The notes: generated by a model not told the origin, from the letters alone. Shown: positions 39,063 to 52,788, numbered from the stretch's first letter. The stretch is DNA of 64,000 nt from Callorhinchus milii (GCF_018977255.1 NW_024704743.1:1364001-1428000); one strand, 5' to 3'. Made by a program: numbers and translations.

Positions 39063-40834
39063 CGTTGAAGTGAACGGCTACCTTAAGGCATTCTAGCCAG
39101 TAGTGACCTGGTGACTTGGGAGCACACTGAGTGGCATTCTTGCCTGCGGGTGAAAAGGTTGTTGGTTCAAGCTCCGGGTCAGGGTTTGGAACTGAGACTC
39201 GGCTAAAACTCAAAGCACTGCCGAAGAGGCGCTGCGCTGTGAGAGCTGCTGTTTCTCCAGATCTGGTTCATAAATTGAGATCCCATCCGTTGAACATTAA
39301 TGATCCCATATTTCTGTGGGAAATGAGGGAAGAATAAGCAGAACATCTCTGAAATTGGCCATTCAATTTATGGCTGTTTGTGGGGCACTGCACTTTACGG
39401 AAAAAATAGTCTCAAGTGCTTATGTAATAAGGCACCACGTCAAATGCAAGATTATTAAAAAGAACGTCCACCTCATTGAATGGTTATGGGACCTTGCTGT
39501 ACCACTGGCTTTTCCATGTGTAGGTGGGACGCATGGAATTGTCAGTTTGGTTTGGAGACTACCCTCGACACAAGATGCTTTGATGTTACAAGACACCATA
39601 AAAATTCCTCGCATGGCGAGAAGTGGAGATCATCAGGATGAACACGAGTATTAAATACCTCCTCCGAGGATCGGCGCGTGGCTCAAGAGAAGGCGAAATC
39701 CACACAGCTTTACTTCACGTCAGCAAAACGCCACTGCTTATCAAAGCCAGCCGCACTCTCAAACACAACCCAGATTATTTTTTCTTGCAAAAAAAACCGT
39801 GATAGCCACAGAATCATTGAATTATATACACAGCACGGAAGGAGGCCATTCGTCCCATCGGGTCTGTGCCGGCTATTTTAAAAGAGCCATCCAAATCAAT
39901 CCCACTCCCCTGCTCTCTCTCCCCATAGCCCTATAAATTGGTCCACCCCCAAATACCAGCAGCTTGCATTTGATACAGCGCCCTTATCATATCGTCGAGA
40001 CGTCTCAAAGCGCTTCACAGGATATACTGTAAAGTTAATTGACTGTGTGGTTCGTGGACGAAACGTGCCAATTGCGCACAGCAGCGTCCCCACAAACAGA
40101 TTATTAGCCCCGGAAAGCGATCGCTTTCTGTGTCATCATATCTCAATTTTTAATTGAGAGATTTTTTGTCTTCTGTGTGCGCTTCTACGGGTTAAGCACC
40201 ACCTCAAGCAGCAAAATAGCTATGATAAAACGGCTGGCCCACTGTTGTCAGCTTGGCAGTCGCTGTAGCATATAGAGAGAGAACATTGCTGCCAGCTGAG
40301 AACTTTAATTGAGCTCTTCGCTTTCACAGTCCAATGTAACAGAAACCATTTGCAATACACACAGGATAGGAAAGTGAAGCAGTAATTACACGTCCAAAAC
40401 TGCCAGGAGATTAATATTCAACCCCCCGGTGAGTACAACAGAGCAAAACAAAATTCGCAATTAATGAACTTGGAAGTTAAGAATCAGACAGCGCTTATTG
40501 GTTTGCTGAGTCGATGAAGAGGTTTGGGATAACAGTGATTACATTCATCCATACATGGGAGTCCTGTAGCTGAGGGGTTAGAGCACTCGCCTCACAAGCG
40601 AGAGGACCCGGGTTCGATTCCAGGCAGGTCAGGGCGAAATGTTGGGCAAGTTTCCTTACTCCACTGACCTCTCTTGCTGTCTGCTGTACCAGAACAACAG
40701 AACAGCATGACTAACGGAGGGTAACTCTTACCACAACGCGACCAGATACTTGAGCGCTAGTGAGCTAGAGTTGTAAACTGCAATCCATGGCTTCCTGAGA
40801 CCGTTTAGATTTCCTCCTCATTTAAAAACAACGC

Positions 40835-41178
40835 AGTGGTTAGCTCGCTCGCTCGCCCGCCTCGCAAGTGAGAGGACCTGAGTTTCATCCCCGAGCAGTG
40901 CAAAATGCCTCACTCCACAGGCCTCTATTTACCTAGCAGTAAGTAAGTTGGAACCCAGATGTTAATCGAGTTGGTGGATCTCGCTTTTCGGGGGTAATAA
41001 TCCCTTGTGTCACTCAACCCACGGCTGTTTGTGGGGACGCTACTGCGTGCAATTGGCTGCTACGTTTCACCCTCAAAATATATAGTCAATTCACTTTACA
41101 GTATATTCCTTAAAGCGGTTTTGAGACATCTCAACGAGGTGATAAGGTGCTATATCAAATGCAAGGATTATTATTATA
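40835..41178 (+). mobile_element. SINE, near full length (separate head-only copy at about 40558-40665)
   Basis: Family match. Confidence 0.85.
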
Positions 41179-44100
41179 ACTATCAACCAGAATGGGAGCT
41201 GAGCGGCACAAATGTGAAGCATTAAAGTCTGAATTAATCTCCTATGATCACTGTGACCTTTGAAACGTATCTACTTCTTCGTGATCAAAAAGGCTCTTCC
41301 ACCGAGTCCGGTGATTTAACTATGTTCTGCCACAAAATGGCTCTTTTCCGGATGAAATTGCCATCACGGAATTTTGATTCATCAGGGATTATAGCTTCAA
41401 CGTCCTGTCGAAAGATTTCCCCGTTATCTTCCAGTTTGCTTTTCTCAGTCGCAAATCACTTCCCTCCCCCCACCCCCCACCCAAGAACAAATTGAAGATT
41501 AAATAAACGGCAGCGTGTGGGTTTTGAAACAAAGAGCAGTTTTCCACTGAACAGGAGCACCCACATCTATCAAATGAAACTATGTCTATACTGGCTTGGT
41601 GATAAAGTGAAACAGATTCAGCTTACAGGAAAATCAATGGTTGATGAATCAGCACAGTTCTGCACGATATCAGCTTTGCCTTCCTATACGACTGTTTGAG
41701 GCCATTAGCTGGACACACACACACACACAGCCAAGAAGAGGGTAGGTAAAGAGACAATTAGTCTTTCCCAATCCTGTACGTTTCACTGAATTCAGAATAT
41801 TTATGAGATTCTGGCATATCAATAATAAATTAAGAATCAATAACAAAAAATCCTGAACCAAACCATCTCCGACGCCAGAATTTGCATTGCGATCGGGAGA
41901 CCTGCTCTACACAGCTGACGGCTTCTTAACAGTGTGCAAAGATCACCAACGAGAGATGACAACAGCTTTCCCGACGCAACACAAGATCGGCAGCCCAGCA
42001 CACAGCAGCTGCCACTTTCTAACCCACCTACTGCTTGACCCAGTTTCTCCGACAATTCACAGAGCAACGAGGCTGTTGTAGCAGCCACTCTCTCACAGAG
42101 AGAGGGAGAGAGAGAACAGGGACTTGAGAGGAAGAGTTTTGGTGAAAATACACAGTCAATTCACTTGAGAATGTATTCTGTGAAGCGCTTTAAGGCACAT
42201 CTCAACTCTGGATAAGGCGCTATATCAAACGTACTGTTCAGAAGAGCTCTGGGACACTACCCTGCATGAAGGTTGGCGATACAAATTCAAGTTGTTGTCG
42301 TAGAACACGACCCACGAGGGTAGGATTTCAGTGCTGGAAAATAAAACCATTTCAGCATCACTCGGTCGCATCAACCTACCCCGTAGGCTCCAATCGCAGG
42401 CGAGATTCCCTTCTTGCGTCCGTTTGAAGATCAGATGTCGTTCGGGTTTCTAGAAAGCAAGATGGCTGCTTCGGTACATCTGGGTGGCAAAACTGTGGGC
42501 CGGTTGGTGCAAAGGATCCGTGCCTTTGTTACTTTTGGATCTGCGGCCAGGTCTTCAGGAGTGGGTTGACATTGCTCAACAACTCATTCACTTGGGGCCC
42601 TTGTAGTTTGCAGAGAGAGAGAGAGAAAGAGAGGAAGACAATCAGTCCCGGACTTCATGTTCCAGAGCAGACTCGGTCAAAGCCGAGTGTGCCGACTCCA
42701 CACCACCAATTGTGTCAATAGCACTATTTGGCGGTTTCCCCGGGGCAGAACATCCCTCATATTCGTGAATGCAAAAATCCCAGGGAAAAGGTTAGGGAGG
42801 GAGAAGGGGAGAAAGGCGGTGGTGGGGGGGGGGGGGGGGGGGAGAGGGGAGGAAAGGGAAGACAAATAACATTAAAACCACGGTCATATTCAGCTATCGC
42901 GGAGGAGACATGTTGAGGGCACTTTATTTGGGGACATTTTGCAAAACCAGTAGATTTGGCAAAAATACTCAAGGTAAACCGCTCGCTCCCTCCCCCCCAA
43001 AAAATCATCGCCAACCAGCGGAGTGAAAGGGTCAACAACAATAATAATAATGCTTCCACTTGATATAGCGCCTTATCCCTTCGTTGAGACGTCTCAAAGC
43101 GCTTCACACCGTGTATTTGGGCGAGAATGTAAAAATGCAGACACGGGCCCCACCAAATGTGAGAGCAGCCGTGTAAAAAAAAAATGACAATTACAAAAAA
43201 ATTGCCCACGTTTTCTTATAATGGTATAAATGAAATAGAGCGTTTTTAACAATTCAATCAGGGCCCAGAGTTTAGGAAGTTTGCCGTATGACTTTTCTAC
43301 AACAACTACTTGCATTTCCATAGCGCCCCTGAGGCAGGATAGCGTCCCGGGGCGCTTGACAGTGGTGGAGCACAACGCCAAGGCCCGTCGGGAATAGATC
43401 CTAACCTCCCCGTGATTTATTCCTGGGAGGTAGAGCTCTCCTACCAGGAAAGCTGCGCCTTCTGGCCTCTGTTGGCTGAGATGAAGATGTTAAAGGGTCC
43501 TGATGTGAAGAGTTTGCCCCCTCCCTCCCTCCCCACCTTCAAATCCCGCCTAAAGACCTTCCTTTTTGATCGTGCTCACGGTCACCTCCCCACCTCCACC
43601 CCCGGCTCGTTGTCAGAATCCGCCACTGTGAAGCTTTTATTTAAAGGGATTATTATTACCCCCGGAAAGCAATCCGCCAATCGATTAACAACTGGCTTCC
43701 TAGTTACCGCTGGGTAAACAGAGGAGTGCGGAGTAAGGAAACTTGCTTAAGTTTGCGCCCCACTTGAGAATCAAACCAGGGACCTCTCGCTTGTGAGGCG
43801 AGTGCTCTAACACCACTACCCTACAGGACGCCACAATCTACCCAAGAAGGTACAGGAGCAGCAAATTTCTCCACCATTTGAGAGGAGCACAATTACTGTG
43901 AGTTCGAATCCCCGACTCCACCCGGTTCTCAATCTGGGCATCACCGAGCCGAGCTCGCGGCAACTCCTCACCAACATAAGGGAAAAATAAGCGACAATTC
44001 TGAAGATGACGTTTTCTGGCACGTCAGACAAAGGTTGCGTTGACAGATGCCTGGAATCTCAGCACTCGCCCTCTCAGCAGCACAGATTGAGAGTCCACGG

Positions 44101-45269
44101 GGAAATCGCAGGGGAATAAATCATCCTCACACGCACGCACGCAAAAACAGGTCACCAGCAGGAGCTCTTGCGTGTGATGCAACTGATGTTTGGAGTGGTA
44201 GAAACTTGGGACTTCAAAGGGTTGGTGCTTTTCAGGCCTACTTTGCAACCATCGATTCAGTCAACACAGCAAAGCAAATGTCCTTCCTACACAAGCCTAA
44301 CCCGCTAACCCATTACCCCCAATGTGGGAGGTTAGGGTTAGCGATTCCCGGGAGGAGAGAAACCTTAGGCAAGTTTGCTTACTACACACACACAAGCCTC
44401 TGTTTACCCAGCAGTAAGTAGGAGCTCGGTTGTTAGTCGATTGATGGATGGCTTTCCGGGGCTAATAATCCCTCCTAAAAAGAAAAACGATGGTGACTCA
44501 ATCGACGAACGTTTGTGGGACACCGCTGTGCGCAATTGGCTGCCGTCTCAGCGACATAACAAATTAATCTGAGGGATTATTACTTCCATAAAGCGATCTG
44601 CCTATCGACTAACAACCGGGTTGCTACTTACTGCTATGTAAACAGAGGCGTGTGCGTGGAGCGAGGAAACTTGCCTAAGGTTTCACAAGAAATGCAGGTC
44701 CTGATGCTTTTACTCTGAGTTGGGAATAGACGTCAGAGCTAAGTTGGAGCCTTGCTCAATAAAACTAAATGCAAAGTTAGTCTGGCAGTTCAGGGGCGGA
44801 ACATGCAAGCACAGATTTGAAACCCCCCCAAAAATAAAACGTTGCAAAGTACATTTTGGAGGCACGTTTGCTGTTACAAAACCTTAACTCTGACCGCATT
44901 AGAGCTTCGAAGACTTGCCTCTTTCCGTCAAACTCAATTCCCTCCTTTGTTTAGGTTGCCTTTTCGTTATCAATGCATTAGATACCAACGCAAGGATCAA
45001 TTAGACGCCAGAAACCTTTGCTGGTTAGATGCCCTTGGGAAAAAAAACTGCCTATTCTTGTAACTGCGCAGAATGCTGGTGGAGACGCACGCGGGCAGAC
45101 GCCGAGTATTTCAGGCGGAGCGTTTTCGCTGTTTACAAAGCTGCAGTAGGAAGCAATACCAAGTATTTTAATTTAATAATTCATTACTTTCAAACTTACG
45201 TCATCTCTTGAAGGCCACCTGCTAATGCCTTGTGCTGGCAATGGTTTCTATGACAGTGTCCTTCTGGAA

Positions 45270-45590
45270 GAGATTTGTACACCGCAGAAGGAGGCCATTC
45301 GATTCGGCCCATCGTGTCTGTGCCTGCTCTTTGAAAGAGCTATCCAACTCATCCCACTCTATCCCCCCCGACCCCCGCTCTTACCCCATAGCCCTGCAAT
45401 CTTTTCCTTTTCAAGTGTCTATCCAATTCCTTTTTAAAAGCTATTATCGAATCTGCTTCCAGACCGTAGCGACTCTCTGGGTTAAAAAAAATTGTCCTCG
45501 TCACCCCTCCAATTATTTTAAATCGGGGTCCTCTGGTCACTGACCCACCCGCCGGAGGCAACAGTTTCTCCCTTAGCTACCCTATCAAAG
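45270..45590 (-). mobile_element. CR1-clade LINE 3' end
   Basis: SVTRGPRFKIIG...EADSIIAFKKELDRHLKRKRLQGYG plus a CR1-type 3' UTR (gggccgaatcgaatggcctccttctg). Confidence 0.8.
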
Positions 45591-48589
45591 CATAGTATCA
45601 CTGAAAAGCTCACGCTTCTAAACAATTACTAATAAACATCTTATGCTGCGAGTTATTCGTGTAAGACACGAGGAACACCGTTTCAATGGGTGACGAAGGT
45701 CCAACATAAATAAAACTGTCAAAACTGAAAAAAAAAATCCTGAGATAGGTCTGGAAAATTGCATGTGTTTTTGAAACGTTTCTCTGTTGAGGAAGAGGTC
45801 TGCTGGACTTGAACGAATATAGGGAGGTCTGAAGTCTAACCAGCTAAGACCACACGGCTTGCCATTGGTATCGCTGTCTGGCAAGCTTTCCCGCAGCTTG
45901 TCCAGCTAAGACCATCGTACCCTTTAGGGCTTTGGTTTGCAGGGTGAACAGGAGCTGAGGGCGGGGGGGGGGGGGGGGGGAGGAGGATTCCCTGGAATAC
46001 TGCTGACCCTCCTGGCTCAGGAACCGGGACTAGAGACCGCCGCACGGGGAGGGCTGGCTCGATTACGACGTTCCATTGCCAAACACGTCACCTTGGAGCC
46101 AGTTCAGCTCCACGGAGACCCCACTTACCTCTGCACGGCACCGTTGATTGAGCAACGCTTCCTGCTCATCTCTCAAGTGCCCTGTGAGCCAACGCCCTAA
46201 AACTCGGCTTTCTCAGCATTCTTTTGACCACCTCAGTTACTTCTTAAAACATGACACGTGAACACAGCCTGATCGGATCCCCCGATCTGGGCTGGTCTTA
46301 TCACATACCAGGCTCTTACCGCTCCTGAACAATAATTGCCCCTTAAAAAATGCGTCAATCAATATCTTCCTCCCTCCCCCCAAGAGGATGCTAAGTGCAT
46401 AAACTCTCCTTCTGCAAGTTCTCAGCGGCTGTAACCACAGAGTCTAAAATACACCAATTAGTCGCTGCAAGTCACACACCCACTTGACCCGTAAGAGCTA
46501 ACGTAAACCAAGTACTTCTTTGGAAGTCTCAGCCACTTCCTCAGCTTTGAAGCTATCTGAGATGCTGACCCACTTGAAGGACGCTATATAAATGCAAGTG
46601 GTTGTACTTGTTTCTTCCTCCACCATTTCACCCACGATCCCTCCGCCTCGCTCCCCTAACCTTTAGATCTCTCCTGAAACGCTAACTCTTTGACTGTACT
46701 TATGGGAACCTTATCCCTTGCTTGCCGTCCAATCCCGGCAGCGTTCAGCACTCCCAAGATGTTAGGCTACAGGAAAGGCGTTGCATAAATCCAGTGGCTG
46801 CTGTCGTTCTTTCCTTACAAGTGCATCTCCTTTCGACACAAATAAGTACCAAATATTTCTGAAGACTTTACTTCCTTGTTCAATGAGTCTGACTGCACCC
46901 AACAAAACCCAAGATGCAAATAGCAAATCAATTCACCCAAGGTCGGTCGGCAAACAATAATAATGATCCTTACATTTGATAGCGCGCCTTATCACATTGA
47001 TGAGGCGTCTCAAAGCCCTTCACAGCACTGACTAAATTTGGTGGGCGAAATGCGGCAGCCAATTGCGCACAAACAGCCGTGGATTGAGTGACCCAACATT
47101 TTTTAGGGAGGGGTTATTTTGCCCGTGGCGTACTGCGGAGCAGGAATAGAGAATTTGTTCACACCCCAAGATTTGAGCCGGTTTGTCTTTAAGCTCGTCC
47201 CAGGCGGGCGGCCATGCAACGCTGAGATATACGGTAGCTTTACGCAGTGAACGCTCCTTGCCTTTACAGACGCTGCTGCTGTTAGGAGGAGCGGGACTTT
47301 AATGCAGGATTTTGTTTGTGCGAGTTGCTTCTGAGCTGGGCTTAGTTTATATTCACGGTTTGTCACTAACCTCAGAGGTGCCTGGACACTGAATGAATCT
47401 ACATTTGAAGTCACATTGAAATGCTGGGTTAAAAGCTATTTATCCATCTGTTCCATCAAGCTGTCGGGATACAGGAATGTGCCAAGCAAGTTCTACCCAA
47501 TGGTGGCATCTGCCTTTGTTTGCTCCTATAACTATACTGCACAACTTTATCTTCTCTCTCCCACCCCCCAGCCCCCCCCACACTCCACCCAGTATTTCTC
47601 ACAGAGCTTATTCAGCTCCATACAGCCCAAGACATTTTGATGTTTTACTGCACGGAGGTTGCTGGGGTTATTGTAAATCGCCGTGTGCAATTGGCTGCCG
47701 CGTTTCACCCACAACACATAAGTCAACTGACTTTACAGTGTATCCTGTGAAGCGCTTTGAGACGTCTCGGAGACTTGATAAGGCGCCGTCTCAAATGCAA
47801 GGATTATTATTAAGCGCAGTGACTGTCTGCTTTGTAGGCAAAAGTGCCAGCCAAAATTGCGCCCAGCACAGTCCCACAAATAGACAGATCTGCTGCGGGT
47901 AGTACACCGAGTCAAGCTACTCACGCTGCGTGCGGGCTCGAGAGAGAGAGAGAGAGAGAGAGGAACGAAAAACCAATGAATGAAACCAAAAATAGAACGG
48001 AAAAGAGCGAGGAGAGCATTACCGAACAACTACCAGAGAGAAGATCCTCGCTGAGATGCAAGAGCAAACTCAAAAATAAAGCGAGTCCAACCACTAAAGG
48101 GGCAGAAAATAGAATCACCAACAGCGCACAAATAAAATAGAACTGCAGACCCTCGGGAACTGCACAAGGCTGCAATCTAACCCCAAACTGAATTCCACTC
48201 ACGACTAAATTATTCATGGACACTCATGTAATACGTCTTGTGCCTGAAAACTACGGCACTGTCAAAAAGACTGATAATGGCTTTAAAAAGCCAATAAACT
48301 GGCAAAGGCTGCACTTGCATCCTTATAATTGTGATTCAGTACATTTCAGGCTTAAAGACGGGGTTCCTTTTGGTGGAGGGGCGGGGTGGGGGGAAAAAAG
48401 GGGTATTTTGGCTAAGGTTGCAGGCAGCCAATCCACCAATAATAATAATAATCCTTGCATTTGATATAGCACCTCATCACATCCCTGAGGCGCCTCAAAG
48501 CGCTTCACAGAACAAATTTGAGGGATGCGGAGAAGGCTTGAGGGAGACAAGAGACATTCCCACCAAGAGGAACTGCGAACAAAACGCTG

Positions 48590-48730
48590 AATAACTGCAG
48601 GTGCTGGAAATCTGAAACAAAAAGCAGATGTCGCTGGGAAAAACACTCAGCAGGTCAGGTCAGGCAGCATCTAGGGAGAAAGGAAAGCGAGTCAACGTTT
48701 CAGGTCCAAGACCTTTCGTCAGAACTGGAA
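48590..48730 (-). mobile_element. Penelope-like element terminal fragment
   Basis: tgcaggtgctggaaatctgaaacaaaaagcaga..ctcagcaggtcagg..cagcatct..aacgtttcaggtc..gacctttcgtcagaactgg resembles a common chondrichthyan repeat end (from memory) and carries a hammerhead motif. Confidence 0.6.
48690..48726 (-). ncRNA. Minimal type-I hammerhead ribozyme motif
   Basis: Minus strand: AGUU-CUGACGA-A-AGGUC(UUG)GACCU-GAAA-CGUU-GACU. It has the CUGANGA and GAAA core boxes, stem II, a palindromic ACGU stem III and stem I AGUU/GACU. Confidence 0.68.
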
Positions 48731-49138
48731 CTAGGAATCTGGTTCAGAGAGTGAAGGCGAGACGCTGAACACACATTAAAGTTTGGCGTCTAATCTGACG
48801 CAAATTGGAGTTGACGTCCAAATCAGCCATGAGCTGTTAGAATGGCAGAACAGGCTCGAGGGGCTGAATGGCCTCCTCCTGTGTTGCTCCGGACGAGAGC
48901 CTCTGCTGGCCTGTCGCAACAGACATGGGAACAAGCAGTTGCCGGCACCACATATCATACAAAAGTAGGCCGAGTGCGTCAAAAAAAGAGCAGTGGACAT
49001 TGCAAAAGGTAACCCAAAGCCAACAGTGGACGAGACCTGAAGCAAAAGCACTCGAGGCCATCGACTTATCTGCTTATTTGCGCAAGAACTGGGGTGAACT
49101 GGAATAAAACTGCACAGAAACAGGCCATTGCTTGATGG

Positions 49139-49225
49139 AAAGTACTTTCCAAGCACAAGGGTATTGGGGAGCCACGGAATCGAATCCTACTACTCCCCAA
49201 TACCCTTGTGCTTGGGAAGTACTTT
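49139..49225. repeat. Near-perfect inverted repeat (33-bp arms, 21-nt loop)
   Basis: AAAGTACTTTCCAAGCACAAGGGTATTGGGGAG (49139-49171) pairs with CTCCCCAATACCCTTGTGCTTGGGAAGTACTTT (49193-49225): 32 Watson-Crick pairs plus one T.G. Confidence 0.93.
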
Positions 49226-49989
49226 GCAATTTATACAGCGGAGAACTGTACAGCTGATTCAGATAGTAATGACCGCTGCACCCCAAGGATGATAGTAAGG
49301 AACTTAATAACCCTTGGATTTGATATAATAATAATAATAATCCTGGCATTTGATACGGCGCCTTATCACGTCTTCGAGACGTCCCAAAGTGCTTCACAGG
49401 ATACACTGTAAAGTGAATTGACCCTATATTTGTGGGCGAAACGCGGCAGCCAGTGTCCCGCAAACAGTCGTGGATTGAGTGACCAAATTATTATTAGCGA
49501 TAGATAGGACAGGACTGAAACTGCTCCACAGATAATTGCTGTCAGCGACTGTGCTGGTGGACACGTTTGCTCCATTCCGACTGCGAGACTGAAAAAGAAA
49601 TCTTCAGGCCTTCCATTTGAAGTCTACTCCCTCTAGTTCTGCCCAGTAGCTAAACAAAAATGTTTAACTTATCTACACCGCTCACTATGTTGGAAGAGCT
49701 GAGTTACTATTCCACGAGTCAGGACACTCCTGTAAGCAATGAAGATGGATCCATACGCACAACAACAACAACAACAAATTACACTTGTATAGCGCCCTTC
49801 ACGTCAGAAAGGCATCACAAGCTGCTCAGTTGCACAACAAGGCATTATTTTATCGAAACGGCTCCTCCTATGATGACCAAGTTATACTGTAGGCCAGACC
49901 CACATAACGAAACAGGATGCCCACATTGTTTTGATTTAGGTTGTTCCAAATTATCCAAACCGCCGCTCGTCTACTTTCCACTGGCCATT

Positions 49990-50230
49990 GGTGAGTCAGT
50001 AACCAGAGAGGGCATCAATTTAAGATAGTCAGTAAACAAGCAAACCGGGGAGGTCAGGAGGGAAAAAAAAGTTTCCACGCACAGTGCAGTTCGGATATGG
50101 AATGCTCTGCCAGCAGTGGTGGTTGAGGAAGAATCCATATTGGCCTTCAATTGGGAACTGATTAAAGAGAGTCAGCTACAGGGGTGTGGGGAAGGCGGGT
50201 GAATGGGACTGAAAGATTGCTCTTGAGGGG
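49990..50230 (+). mobile_element. CR1-clade LINE 3' fragment
   Basis: gagtcagtaaccagagagggcatcaatttaag..tggaatgctctgccagcagtggtggttgagg..ctacaggggtgtggggaa. Confidence 0.72.
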
Positions 50231-51894
50231 GTGGCTTTAGCAATGTACCATACATTTCTATGGCTATCTACCCTCACAAGGCTCATCTGGCTCTCACATC
50301 GTGTGCTCTTTTCTCCGCTCTCCTTTCCTCCTCCCCGCTCGGTCATTCCCATCGTCCCTCTGACAATAATAATAATCCTTGCATTTGATATCGCACCTTA
50401 TCAATGTCTCAGAGCGCTTCACAGAATATACTGTGAATGAATTGACCTGTGTATTTTGTGGGCGAAACGTGGCAGCCAATTGCACACAGCAGCGTCCCCA
50501 CAAAGAGTGAAGTTGCTTCAAGATGTTCATCCTACGTGAAAGGTGGTTTTACTGATTCTTAGAATTACATACAATGATACAGGATGACCCAACTGGTGTT
50601 TATATTCCACACACCTCCCACACCTACTCATTGCCTCTCCTCTACCTCTCCCTTCCCCTGTGGAAGCAACAAATGAAGCACCCGGAACCATCACTGGATT
50701 TCACCTCAGTTTGAACACAAACATAATTATTTCAATGCCACATAACAATTAAGTTGGGAGACTTTGCTTAGAACACATTTTTTTCCCTCGTACGTACGGG
50801 GAACTATACAAATGAATTTTGTGCCAAGGGCCAGACAATGATAAAGTGGTTTATGTATCTCGGGGAAGTCTGTTTGGAGCCCGGCTTTAACCCGGCTCCA
50901 TCACACTGAGCCTGAAAATGCTTTCGGTGATGTAACCAGCACTCAATGTTCAAAGAAAGACATCCTCTCACACAACAGATACATACATCACAGTAATATT
51001 GTTAAAAGGAAAGCTAAAAGGTGAAATCAACTTTCAGGGCATTTTACCAATCCCCAAACTCCCCAACGCAACATCTGATTAATCTGCTGGAGCACTTAAA
51101 TACGTTCGCTTAACAATCATGAATAAAATCAGGAAGTATTTGAGCAATCACACATACGTAATGCAAATTTACATTGATGCAGCATCTTTCACACTGGGAG
51201 GACATCCTAAAGAGCTTGACAGTCTCTGCTTGGCTCCCGAGCTGGGGTGGGGGGGCGGGGGGCGGGGGGTAGGGGAAGCGAAAGATGATCGAATGCACAA
51301 CCAAAGAGGAAAGTCTTGAGACCGTTCTTGAAAGTGGCTCGGGAGGGAGGGGGCTTGTCTGGGGGATGGAGTCCTGAGGATGGAGCTCCGGAGATTAGCT
51401 GAAAGCCCAATTTGTATTGCGCCTTTCACGTCGGGCGGACGTCCCAAAGTACACAGTCAGTCCACGTTAGTCTATCCTGTGAAGCGCTTTGAGATGTCGC
51501 AACAACGTGATACGGCTCTATATCAAATGCGTGGAATATTATCAAAAAATCCTTTTTTGCTATGCTTCTCTCCCTGCTTTGAGAAAGCGTTCAAAAAACC
51601 TCTCTCTCTTTGACCAACAACCATGAACTCCCTTCCTCCCCTCACTGCTTGCTGGTCCTCATCGTGATAGCAAAGTGCCCCCCCACCTTCCTTTCTTCCC
51701 ACTGTCTTCGAGACGTTCATCCCACTTGCAAATCGTTGAGTTCCTCAGTTTATCTAATTCCCTGTTAAATGGGCTCTCCGGCAATGCCTCTCGCATCCTA
51801 ATAACTTAAGACAAGCGTACTAGAAATTATTTGCGTTATTCTAGAAATATTTCCCATCAAAGTATTTCCTATCAGCCATCATAGGCAAGGAAAT

Positions 51895-51925
<31 letters not shown>

Positions 51926-52788
51926 CGACTGTTTGTGGGGACGCTGCTGTGCACAATTGGCTGCTGCCTTTCGCCCACAAAATACACAGTCACTCCACTT
52001 TGTACAGTGTATCCTGTGAAGCACTTTGAGACCTCTCGAAGACATGATAAGGCGCCTGTATCAAATCCAAGGGTTATTATTGGTTCTAATGGTGAGCGGC
52101 AGTTTCACAGGAGCACTGTCCACGTTTTGCTCTTTCCCTCAGGTGCAAGAATGCGTTGGGGCTGCAACAGGAATTTTCCACGTGGAGACTTTGAAGCCGG
52201 TGCACAGCGACACTCCCCTGGTGGGCAGCAGAGTGCTGCAGCACAAAGACATCTTACTGAAGAATCCGTGGCCTCAGTTACAAGTTGGTCAATTTACGCA
52301 GATCCGGGATGAAGGCAGAACTACAGGCGTGAAGAATTGCCATCCTTTCCAAACCTACCGTGCGGTCGCACGCAATGCCACGTATCCTACTGCACCGCGT
52401 ACTTCATAGTTTATTTATTTATCTGCTGTTCAATCCAACGACAGCAAGAAATTATATTACGCCTCTCACGTCGAGGGGACGTCCCAAGGCGCTGGACAAT
52501 CAGGGATCCAGTCCCGATCTGGGGCTGGGATCAGGGCCGGTGGAGGGAGGGGAAGGTAGGGAGTAGGGAGGGTGGCTGAAGTTGTGGGGGATTGGCCGCC
52601 GCGTTTCACCCACAAAATATACAGTCAATTCACTTTACAGTGTGTTCTGTGAAGCGCTTTGGGACGTCCTCCCGACGTGAAAAGCCCTATAGCAAATGCG
52701 AGGATTATTATTATTATTTTACAATATATTTTACGAAGGGCTTCGAGACGTCTCAACGACGTGATAAGGCGCTACATCAAACGCAAGG

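Noticed and set aside
41270..42088. Short open frames in unique sequence (about 53 aa and 83 aa, minus strand)
   Set aside because: No recognisable homology and no consistent splice-site framework.
44296..44343. ctaaccc/gttaggg words as an interstitial telomere fusion
   Set aside because: Only two or three degenerate units; too short to support.
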